Positions 17,475 through 25,685 of a stretch of DNA of 32,057 nucleotides are shown in pieces. Every line of letters begins with the position of its first letter. Positions within the stretch are counted from its first letter, which is position 1. The notes beneath the pieces were generated by a model. The model worked only from the letters and a program-made list of their open reading frames with translations. It was not told the DNA's origin and ran no database searches. Both the position numbers and the translations under genes were made by a program. The DNA is from Omnitrophica bacterium GWA2_41_15. GTDB taxonomy: Bacteria > Omnitrophota > Gorgyraeia > Gorgyraeales > Gorgyraeaceae. The stretch lies in the NCBI GenBank assembly GCA_919902485.1, contig CAKKRB010000240.1, forward strand, positions 1-32,057, given 5' to 3'.

Positions 17475-18885
17475 AAATATAGGTATATACAGACAGGAAA
17501 GGCCGTCTTATTCAGAGAAAAAGCCGTATTTTCCTCCAGCTATTTTTGAAGAATACCCTTTTAATGACCGAAGTACAGATCAAAACAACTACGCATACAG
17601 CTCTATTAGAAATCTTCTTAAATTGCTAGAGCTTGATTCAGAAAATTTTGGGAAAAAATCCTGGAATCCTTTTGGATCTTTTATGAAACCAGGAGATACA
17701 GTATTGTTAAAGCCTAATCTTGTAAGGCATTTTTGCGAAAATGGAGATACAAAAGGACTTATGACCCATGGTTCTTTAATCAGGGCGGCGGCTGATTATG
17801 CTTATATAGCTTTGCAGGGAAAGGGCAGGATAATAATTGCTGATGGCCCTATGGATGACGCAGATTTTGAAAAAATAGCATCTATGTCAGGCATCTACGA
17901 AATCAGGGAATTCTACAAAGGCGAGACAGGTTTTGATATAGAGATATATGATTTGAGGCAGGAGATGGTTGTAAAAAAGCATGAAAAGATAGAGGAGAGA
18001 GTAAAGCTTGCAGGCGATCCTCTTGGATATAGCGCGGTAAATCTGGGGCCCATGAGCGCCTTTAAAAAAGGAGACCTGGATTATGCCTCTTTCAGAGGCT
18101 CTGAATGCAGGCCTGATATCATGTCCCTTCACCACAATAAAGAAAAGGACGAGTATTTAATCTCAAATACTTTTTTAAATGCAGACGTGGTTATAAATAT
18201 ACCTAAGATGAAGACTCACAAGAGGGCAGGCGTAACTCTTTCTCTTAAGAACCTGGTAGGTATTACAGGGGACAGGAATTGGCTGCCGCATTATAGTGAG
18301 AATGTGAGTTGTTCTAAAGTTCCACCCCGTAGGTGGCCAATTGGCCACCTACGGGGTGGAATTGAGGTTGTAAAGAATGCGATTGGGTTTATAAAACCTT
18401 TAAGAGACAGTTTAAGGCAGTTTACAGGTGTTACTGTATCTACAATGCGTTCAGGAAACTGGCATGGGAATGATATTATATGGCGCACTATCCTGGATCT
18501 CTGGAGAATAGCGTTATATGCAGATAAAAATGGAATAATGAGAAATGAAGAACAGAGAAAAACATTTGTAATAGTGGATGGCATTATTGGAGGAGAAGCA
18601 GACGGGCCTACAAACCCGACTGCTAAAAGATGCGGAGTCCTGGTAGCAGGATTCCACTGGCCTTCTGTGGATATTGCAGTAAGCCGCATCATGGGATTTG
18701 ATCCGATAAAGATCCCAAAATTTAAAGGATTTTCACATCTCGCGGACATACCCTGCGTGTCAAATATAAGAGAATGGGATAATAAAATTTCAGGATTTAA
18801 GGGCATGTGCCTGAATTTCAAACCGCATTATGGATGGAAAAAACATATAGAGGCTGACACAGATGTTAAAAAGCAAGATTTATAA
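17464..18885 (+). CDS. DUF362-domain protein (the ATG at 17464, with GGAGG 4 nt upstream, is preferred over the TTG at 17416)
   Basis: VLLKPNLV and INIPKMKTHKRAGVTLSLKNLVG motifs typical of DUF362. Contains an in-frame palindrome. Confidence 0.7.
   Translation: MDIKNIGIYRQERPSYSEKKPYFPPAIFEEYPFNDRSTDQNNYAYSSIRNLLKLLELDSENFGKKSWNPFGSFMKPGDTVLLKPNLVRHFCENGDTKGLMTHGSLIRAAADYAYIALQGKGRIIIADGPMDDADFEKIASMSGIYEIREFYKGETGFDIEIYDLRQEMVVKKHEKIEERVKLAGDPLGYSAVNLGPMSAFKKGDLDYASFRGSECRPDIMSLHHNKEKDEYLISNTFLNADVVINIPKMKTHKRAGVTLSLKNLVGITGDRNWLPHYSENVSCSKVPPRRWPIGHLRGGIEVVKNAIGFIKPLRDSLRQFTGVTVSTMRSGNWHGNDIIWRTILDLWRIALYADKNGIMRNEEQRKTFVIVDGIIGGEADGPTNPTAKRCGVLVAGFHWPSVDIAVSRIMGFDPIKIPKFKGFSHLADIPCVSNIREWDNKISGFKGMCLNFKPHYGWKKHIEADTDVKKQDL
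18320..18361. repeat. Perfect 42-nt palindrome inside the DUF362 CDS
   Basis: ttccaccccgtaggtggccaa|ttggccacctacggggtggaa, checked base by base. Both strands translate to PPRRWPIGHLRGG. Confidence 0.95.
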
Positions 18886-20245
18886 AAATAGTCCGGTGTT
18901 TATTCAAAATAGCCTTTTAACAGCAAGGGGCTTTATGTATAAGGTTTTACGCGAGTCCGGCGCATTCAGAAGCATGCTGTCTGAACTGGAACAGACTCAG
19001 CATTATACTGATTCCGAGATGCAGGAATGGCAGAATGAAAGACTTGTCCGTTTAGTGCGCCATGCTTATGAAAATGTGCCTTATTATAACAGGCTGTTCA
19101 AAAAAATGAAACTTTTGCCAGGCGATATCAAAAATGCAGAGGATTTGAAGAAACTGCCTTTTCTTACAAAGGAAGATGTAAGGGTAAATATAAACGATAT
19201 TACCGCTAAGAATATAAAAAAAGCTTTTGTAGAAAAAACATCTACCAGCGGAAGTTCTGGAAAGCCGCTTACCCTTTACAGGGATATTTATTCAGTAGTT
19301 TTTGAAAATGCGCTCCTGTGGAGACAGCGGCGCTGGATAGGCGTAGATATGACTGACAGGATAGCTGTATTAAGGTCAGAGCAGATTGTGCCCTTTGAGG
19401 CGGAGAAGCCTCCTTTTTGGCGGTATTCTGTTTCAGAAAAGAGGCTGCTTCTTTCTTCTTATCACCTCAGGAGGAATAATGCGGAATATTATATCGAGGC
19501 CCTGAACCGCTTCAAGCCGGCTGCGATATTTGCAATACCCGGAGTCATTTATGCCCTTGCAAAACTTGCTGAAGAAGAAGGATTATTGCCTTTTATATTC
19601 TCGGTAAAAGCAGTTTTCACCTCATCAGATATGATCAGACCTGGATATAAAGAAACCATAGAGAGAACATTTGGCGGGGCTATTTATGATTTATACGGCT
19701 CTACAGAAAGGGCAGCAGCAATAGGTATGTGTGAATACAAAACTTATCATGTGTTTCCGGAAAATGGAATCATAGAATTTGTGCCTGTAAGCAATGGCTC
19801 AGGAGCCATGGAAATCGTTGGAACCAATCTTCATAATTACGTAATGCCTCTTTTACGTTATCGCACCGGAGATCTTGCTGAGATTTCCAGCACGCCGTGC
19901 AGGTGCGGGAGGTGTTTTACTGCAGTCAAGAAAATGCAAGGCAGGATAGCTGATTTCATGGTATCCAGGAGCGGTGTTATCCTTATGGAGGGAAGCTACC
20001 TTCTTCTCAAAGGCGTTGAGAATATTGTGGAGTCTCAGATAATACAGGAAGATATTGAGAGGATAAAAGTGAAATTTATCCCAGCTGATAATTTTTCCGA
20101 GAGAGACAGGAATAAGATTATCGAAAATGCAAAGTTCTACCTTGGCCCGGGAGTCCATGTAGTGTTTGAAGAGGTAGAAGACATTCGGAAACAGGGCTTC
20201 TGCAAGTTCAGGCCGTTTATTTCGCATATAAATAATATCAGGTGA
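18863..20245 (+). CDS. Adenylate-forming enzyme of the PaaK / coenzyme F390 synthetase / CapK family
   Basis: TSTSGSSGKPL AMP-binding motif, YGSTE, and overall PaaK-like length and layout. Confidence 0.75.
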   Translation: MLKSKIYKNSPVFIQNSLLTARGFMYKVLRESGAFRSMLSELEQTQHYTDSEMQEWQNERLVRLVRHAYENVPYYNRLFKKMKLLPGDIKNAEDLKKLPFLTKEDVRVNINDITAKNIKKAFVEKTSTSGSSGKPLTLYRDIYSVVFENALLWRQRRWIGVDMTDRIAVLRSEQIVPFEAEKPPFWRYSVSEKRLLLSSYHLRRNNAEYYIEALNRFKPAAIFAIPGVIYALAKLAEEEGLLPFIFSVKAVFTSSDMIRPGYKETIERTFGGAIYDLYGSTERAAAIGMCEYKTYHVFPENGIIEFVPVSNGSGAMEIVGTNLHNYVMPLLRYRTGDLAEISSTPCRCGRCFTAVKKMQGRIADFMVSRSGVILMEGSYLLLKGVENIVESQIIQEDIERIKVKFIPADNFSERDRNKIIENAKFYLGPGVHVVFEEVEDIRKQGFCKFRPFISHINNIR

Positions 20246-20249
20246 CAGT

Positions 20250-21335
20250 ATGACAAAAGTTGTTCTTGTGATTTCAAAGATGGATATCGGAGGCGCAGAA
20301 AAGGTCTTTTATGATCTTGCCGAAAGATTAAGCCTGGATACCGGATACAGGGTTACTGTAGTATGTCTCTATGCGCAAGGCAGGCTTGGAGACAGTCTTG
20401 CGGCAAAAGGGGTGGAGATACATGAAAATATCTTAAAAGATAAATTTGACGCAGCAGGAATTTTCAGGTTAGCTGATATGCTCAGAGACAAAGCTCCAGA
20501 CATTCTTTATATCGCAGGCCAGGCTGTAACTCAAGCTGTTTGTCTGATAGCCGGTATATTTGTAAAGATACCTTTAAAAGTCATAGGTTTTCATTCTCAT
20601 AATCTGGTCCGGAGATCCTGGATAAAATCATTGACAGACAAGCTAAGCATATCCTCTGCAGGTTATATAACGTGTGTATCGGAATCCCAGAAGAAACATC
20701 TTGTTTCCGATAAGAGAGCGCAGTCTGAAAAAATAAAGGTTATCTACAATGGGGTAGATACCAAAATTTTTAAGCCATGCGCAAAAAAGGCTGATAATTC
20801 TATTGTTATAGGCGCAGTAGGTTCAATGAGAATGGAAAAAGGTTTTGATATTTTGATAAAGGCTATTCCCTGGGTTTTGAATAAATGCCCAAATGCTTTT
20901 TTTATGATGATAGGGGAAGGCAAAGAAAAAAATAACCTTGAGAAACTGGCATCTAATCTAAAGGTGGATTCAAGTGTCAGATTTCTTGGCCAGAGAGAGG
21001 ATATCTCTGAGATCATACCAGCGTTTGATATTGCCTGCTCAAGTTCCAGGATAGAAAATTTCCCTCTTTCTATACTTGAATACATGGCGTGCGCTAAACC
21101 GGTAGTGGCTACAAAAATAGGGGGAGTGCCTGAGATGGTTAAGGATGGATTTAACGGAGTTGCGGTTGATGCAGAATCTCCTGAAGCTTTAGCAAAAGCC
21201 ATAGTATGTCTGATAAATGATAAAGAATTGAGAAAAACCATGGGCATTAACGCCAGAAAGACTGTAGAGGAAAATTTTACAGTTGAAAAGATGGTGCAAA
21301 ACTATAAGGATTTTTTTAGAGATATACAAAAATGA
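20250..21335 (+). CDS. GT4-family glycosyltransferase
   Basis: ENFPLSILEYMACAKPVVATKIGGVPEMVKDGFNG (E-x7-E region). Confidence 0.85.
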   Translation: MTKVVLVISKMDIGGAEKVFYDLAERLSLDTGYRVTVVCLYAQGRLGDSLAAKGVEIHENILKDKFDAAGIFRLADMLRDKAPDILYIAGQAVTQAVCLIAGIFVKIPLKVIGFHSHNLVRRSWIKSLTDKLSISSAGYITCVSESQKKHLVSDKRAQSEKIKVIYNGVDTKIFKPCAKKADNSIVIGAVGSMRMEKGFDILIKAIPWVLNKCPNAFFMMIGEGKEKNNLEKLASNLKVDSSVRFLGQREDISEIIPAFDIACSSSRIENFPLSILEYMACAKPVVATKIGGVPEMVKDGFNGVAVDAESPEALAKAIVCLINDKELRKTMGINARKTVEENFTVEKMVQNYKDFFRDIQK

Positions 21336-24300
21336 GAATTTTGATTACTACAACCTTAAATAAAAATATGACAGAGGCAAAGATAAAGCCGCTCTTGATG
21401 CTGCCTGAAGTGGAACAGGTATTCTATGTGTCTGACATGCCAGGCCCGTATTTTGAAAAAGTCAGATATTATTGCATGCCTGGCTGGATATTGAGATCCT
21501 GCAGGAATAATTCATTGGTAAGATGGACATATAAATTTTTTACAGCCGGATATCTGGCTTTATCCAAAAGACCAGATATGATTATGGGTTATGCATTGAT
21601 ACCTCACGGTATAAATGCGGTTTTAATAGGTAAATTGCTGAATATCCCTGTATGCGTAAATTTTATGGGCGGGAGTTTTTTAATAGAGAGCATAAATCCA
21701 TTATTGAGAAAGCTGGTTTTAAGAATAGCTGATATGGCAGACATAATCACTGTCACAGGCTCGCGCACCAGGGATTTACTTGTATCAAAAGGTATCAAAG
21801 CAGGCAAGATAAAAATAATATCCAGCACTATAGATACAAAAAGGTTTTTCCCGCAGCATCTGGATAAGCAATACGACATTATCGCAGTGGCTCAGTTGAA
21901 TCACGGCAAAAGAATAAGCATGTTTCTTGATATCATTTCCAGGCTTAAAAAATCCGGCATCAATTTGAAAGCTGTGATAGCAGGGGACGGCTGTTTAAAA
22001 AAAGACCTTGAGGAGTTATCAGAAAAAATAGGACTTCTGGAAAATGTATATTTTGCCGGATTCCAGCCTGATATTGAAAAATTTCTTAATGAGTCGAGGG
22101 TATTTTTGCTGCCTACGGCTCATGAAGGCTTGTCGCTTGCAATGCTTGAGGCAATGGCATGCGGGGTTGTGCCTGTTGTTTCAAACGTGGACAACCTTTC
22201 TGATGCGGTAAAAGACAGGTTTAGCGGAAGATTGATAGACAGGGATGATACAGAAGGGTTTGTTTCAGCTGTTTCTGAGTTATTAAAGGATAAAAGTATA
22301 TATGAAACTTATGCGAAAAATTCAGTTAATACTATAAATGAACTTTATACAATTAATAATGCGGCTCAAAAATGGACAGAGATTTTAAAACCCTCACCCC
22401 AACCCTCTCCCATAAATGGGAGAGGGAGATTGTATCATTGGTATTTTAAAAGGTTAATGGCTATGAGCGCCGAGGAGGTTATTTACAAGGCAATAGGGAT
22501 TTTAAGAAAGAAGATTTTATATTTTAAAGCAATCTCATTGGATAAGAAAATATTTTCATCTTCAATCAACAATAGAAAACCTGTATTTTTCATAGATAAA
22601 CAAGATCTGGATTTTATAAGAGAGAATATTAAAAGATCTGATTCTGTTACGCATCCCCTCACCCCTGCCCTCTCCCATAAATGGGAGAGGGGGGTTACTC
22701 TTTTAGATGACATAAAACGCAGGGCAGGCTTTTCTGATTTTGAAATCAGGGCAATATGGGAACCTAACAGGTTTCAGTGGTTTGTGAGTTATGCCCAGAT
22801 ATATGCCCTGGATAGAGATGAAAAAATAGCAAAAGATATAGTTGGTGTATTAAATGATTGGATATCAAGAAACCCATTTATGAAGACCTTGAACTGGATG
22901 GACAGTCTGGAGGTTTCTTTGCGGCTTTTATCCTGGTCATGGATATATTTTTTGATAAAAGATTCAAAATCTATGGATGTTGATTTTGAAAGAGTATTTT
23001 TGAAAAGCATATATCTGCATGCGGAGTTTATAAAAAACAACCTGTCTGGTTATTCATCTGCTAATAATCATCTGATAGGGGAAGCAGCAGGCCTGTTTGC
23101 GGCGGGTATCCTGTTTCCAGTATTCAAGGCGTCTTCTGCATGGACAAAGAAAGGCAAGTTTATACTTGAGAGGGAGATGATAAGACAGGTATATCCTGAC
23201 GGCGTGGATAAAGAGCAATCGAGCCATTATCATGAGTTTGTAATGGACTTGTATCTGATAGCGGTTATTCTGGCAAGAAAGAACAGCATTGTATTTTCAG
23301 AAGAAATGCTTTTAAGGCTGAACCGCATGGGTGAATTTTTGATAAGCATAATGGGCCAAAAAGGTAAAACCCTGTCCATAGGAGACAGCGATGACGGGGT
23401 TGCTTTAAAATTCGGGGTATCAGAAGAAGCGCAGAACGCCGTTTCTCTTATAAATACAGCCTGCATCCTGTTTAACAGGCCTGATTTTAAAATATGCGGA
23501 GATTATCTGGATGAAAAAAGCCTATGGTTAATGGGTTATGAAGGTTATGCCAAGTATTCTGCAATGGAAAAAGCTGATTCTAAGCAGGGATCAAAATGTT
23601 TTTCAGAAAGCGGTTATTATATCATGAGAAACAGGGAATTATGCATTAGCTTTGATTGCGGGGGTTTGGGTTATTTATCTCTTGCCAGCCATGGCCATGC
23701 AGACAGCCTGAGCATAAACCTGAACGTCTGGGAAATGCCTGTTTTTATAGATCCGGGCACGTACCTGTATCATTCATGCGGCAAGTGGAGGGATTATTTC
23801 CGCGGCACTTCAGCTCATAATACAATTAAGATTGACAAGCTGGATCAATCAGAGATAGAAGGGCCTTTCTTATGGGGTTATAAAGCCAGGTCTTTTCTCA
23901 AATACTGGTCCCAGAATTGCAGGATTGACAGGGTGTGCGGTTATCACACAGGCTATACGAGATTAAGCGACCCGGTTTCGCATGCCAGAGGTATTACATT
24001 CGATAAATATAATAATGAAATAGTGATAACAGACAGCATTTTTTCTAAAAAAAGACATCTTGTGGAGCAATTCTTTCATCTGCATCCGGATTGTTCTGTG
24101 GAACAATTAGATAGTCATTCATTCGAGATTATCAATGCAGCAGGGAACAGGCATGCCTGTTCCCTGCATATGGAAATAGACAAGGGCCTTGATTCGCATA
24201 TTTTAAAAGGCTCTGAGTCGCCTATTGCAGGGTGGTATTCTGATAAGTTTGGAGAAAAACAAAAAACAATCACAATTTGCAATAGCTCTTATTCAAAAGG

Positions 24301-24406
24301 CCAAAGAAATTTTATTACAAAGATAAAAATCTCTAACAATGTTATTGCGAGGAGCGGAGCGACGAAGCAATCTGAAAAGGAGATTGCTTCGCTTCGCTCG
24401 CAATGA
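21332..24406 (+). CDS. Fusion protein: N-terminal GT4 glycosyltransferase (about aa 1-350) and C-terminal heparinase II/III-like polysaccharide lyase (about aa 370-1005)
   Basis: GT part: HEGLSLAMLEAMACGVVPVVSNV. Lyase part: NNHLIGEAAGL and SHGHADSLSINL motifs. The junction and the 3' end are formed by palindromic elements. Confidence 0.8.
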   Translation: MRILITTTLNKNMTEAKIKPLLMLPEVEQVFYVSDMPGPYFEKVRYYCMPGWILRSCRNNSLVRWTYKFFTAGYLALSKRPDMIMGYALIPHGINAVLIGKLLNIPVCVNFMGGSFLIESINPLLRKLVLRIADMADIITVTGSRTRDLLVSKGIKAGKIKIISSTIDTKRFFPQHLDKQYDIIAVAQLNHGKRISMFLDIISRLKKSGINLKAVIAGDGCLKKDLEELSEKIGLLENVYFAGFQPDIEKFLNESRVFLLPTAHEGLSLAMLEAMACGVVPVVSNVDNLSDAVKDRFSGRLIDRDDTEGFVSAVSELLKDKSIYETYAKNSVNTINELYTINNAAQKWTEILKPSPQPSPINGRGRLYHWYFKRLMAMSAEEVIYKAIGILRKKILYFKAISLDKKIFSSSINNRKPVFFIDKQDLDFIRENIKRSDSVTHPLTPALSHKWERGVTLLDDIKRRAGFSDFEIRAIWEPNRFQWFVSYAQIYALDRDEKIAKDIVGVLNDWISRNPFMKTLNWMDSLEVSLRLLSWSWIYFLIKDSKSMDVDFERVFLKSIYLHAEFIKNNLSGYSSANNHLIGEAAGLFAAGILFPVFKASSAWTKKGKFILEREMIRQVYPDGVDKEQSSHYHEFVMDLYLIAVILARKNSIVFSEEMLLRLNRMGEFLISIMGQKGKTLSIGDSDDGVALKFGVSEEAQNAVSLINTACILFNRPDFKICGDYLDEKSLWLMGYEGYAKYSAMEKADSKQGSKCFSESGYYIMRNRELCISFDCGGLGYLSLASHGHADSLSINLNVWEMPVFIDPGTYLYHSCGKWRDYFRGTSAHNTIKIDKLDQSEIEGPFLWGYKARSFLKYWSQNCRIDRVCGYHTGYTRLSDPVSHARGITFDKYNNEIVITDSIFSKKRHLVEQFFHLHPDCSVEQLDSHSFEIINAAGNRHACSLHMEIDKGLDSHILKGSESPIAGWYSDKFGEKQKTITICNSSYSKGQRNFITKIKISNNVIARSGATKQSEKEIASLRSQ
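22391..22428 (+). repeat. GC-rich hairpin element, copy 1 (ccctcacccc aa ccctctccca-taaa-tgggagaggg), at the GT/lyase junction
   Basis: 10-bp stem 22403-22412 / 22417-22426. Encodes PSPQPSPINGRGR. Confidence 0.9.
22655..22693 (+). repeat. GC-rich hairpin element, copy 2, inside the lyase N-terminal region
   Basis: cccctcacccctg ccctctccca-taaa-tgggagaggg gg. The stem is identical to copy 1. Encodes PLTPALSHKWERG. Confidence 0.9.
24344..24404. repeat. Imperfect 61-nt GC-rich hairpin element spanning the 3' end and stop codon of the GT-lyase gene
   Basis: Outer 8 bp attgcgag/ctcgcaat, inner 10 bp gaagcaatct/agattgcttc, asymmetric internal loop, apical loop gaaaagg. Translates to ...ARSGATKQS... 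and LRFARNDK in two frames. Confidence 0.85.
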
Positions 24407-24425
24407 CAAGGGATGGAAAGGTAAT

Positions 24426-25685
24426 ATGAGAATAGCTATATTCGGGCTTGGTTATGTTGGGACAGTTACAGGAGCCTGTTTTGCCATGCAGGGCCATAAG
24501 GTAGTAGGGGTTGATATAAATAGTGAAAAGGTTAAAGCTATTAATCAGGGAAAGAGCCCTATTATTGAAAGAGAATTGGATGATGTGATTGCTTCTGGCG
24601 TTAAGGCTGGTAATTTTTCAGGAGCCAGCTCTACAAAAGAGGCTATTGCAAAAACAGATATGGCAATGATATGCGTAGGGACTCCATCCATGGAGTCAGG
24701 AGCTATCAATGTAGGGCATCTTAAGTCAGTGGCAGAGGACATAGGCAAGGCCTTGAAGAACATGGGCAGATTTTATACTATTGTAATACGCAGCACAGTT
24801 CTACCAGGAACCACAGAAGATGTTTTAATCCCAGCGATAGAACAGGCTTCAGGCAAGAAACTGGATAAGGGCTTTGCTGTATGCGTGAATCCGGAATTTA
24901 TGAGAGAGGGGAATTCCCTGGAGGATTTCTATAAGCCCGCTAAGACTATTATAGGCGCGGCCAGCGAGAGAGAAGCTGATCTTTTAAAGCGATTGTATAG
25001 TTTTACGCAAGCCCCGATCATTGTTAGCGACATAAAAACAGCGGAATTTTCTAAATACCTGGATAATGTTTTCCACGGCCTAAAGATATCCTTTGCAAAC
25101 GAGATAGGCAATATTGCAAAAAAATCAGGATTGGATCCTGTAAAAGCCATGGAGATTTTCTGCAAAGACACAGTTTCAAACATATCTCCAAGATACCTGA
25201 AGCCTGGATTTGCGTTTGGCGGTTCCTGCCTGCCAAAAGATATTAAGGCGCTGCTTTATAAAGCAAAGACGCAGGATCTGGATATACCTCTCATCAATTC
25301 CATATTGAGAAGCAATGACATGCAGGTAGATATTGTTGCCAGAGACATACTCAGAACAGGAAAGAAGAAAATAGGCATGCTGGGCCTGAGCTTCAAGCCA
25401 GGCACGGATGATCTCAGGGAGAGCCAGCTTGTAAGGCTCGCTGAGATTTTAATAGGCAAAGGTTTAAAATTAAAAATATACGATAAGAATATAGCTATGG
25501 CAAAACTGGTAGGCGCAAATAGGAAATATATAAATAAAGAGATCCCTCATATCTCATCGCTTTTATGTAAGCGCATAAATGAGGCAATAAGAGATTCAGA
25601 GCTGATTATATTAGGCCATGATACAAAAGAATTCAAAGAAGCAGTGAAAAAGCTCAAAAAACCCCAAATTTTAATGAAGTTATGA
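24426..25685 (+). CDS. Nucleotide-sugar 6-dehydrogenase, most like GDP-mannose 6-dehydrogenase (AlgD-type). The ATG at 24426 is preferred over the start at 24339.
   Basis: MRIAIFGLGYVG Rossmann start, KPGFAFGGSCLPKD catalytic-Cys motif, LGLSFKPGTDDLRES. Extended similarity to my recollection of P. aeruginosa AlgD. The family call is secure; the substrate call is tentative. Confidence 0.85.
   Translation: MRIAIFGLGYVGTVTGACFAMQGHKVVGVDINSEKVKAINQGKSPIIERELDDVIASGVKAGNFSGASSTKEAIAKTDMAMICVGTPSMESGAINVGHLKSVAEDIGKALKNMGRFYTIVIRSTVLPGTTEDVLIPAIEQASGKKLDKGFAVCVNPEFMREGNSLEDFYKPAKTIIGAASEREADLLKRLYSFTQAPIIVSDIKTAEFSKYLDNVFHGLKISFANEIGNIAKKSGLDPVKAMEIFCKDTVSNISPRYLKPGFAFGGSCLPKDIKALLYKAKTQDLDIPLINSILRSNDMQVDIVARDILRTGKKKIGMLGLSFKPGTDDLRESQLVRLAEILIGKGLKLKIYDKNIAMAKLVGANRKYINKEIPHISSLLCKRINEAIRDSELIILGHDTKEFKEAVKKLKKPQILMKL

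Noticed and set aside
24339-24425. N-terminal extension MLLRGAERRSNLKRRLLRFARNDKGWKGN on the dehydrogenase
   Set aside because: It is encoded by the 24344-24404 hairpin element. The Rossmann-fold start MRIAIFGLGYVG at 24426 is the normal N-terminus of this enzyme family.
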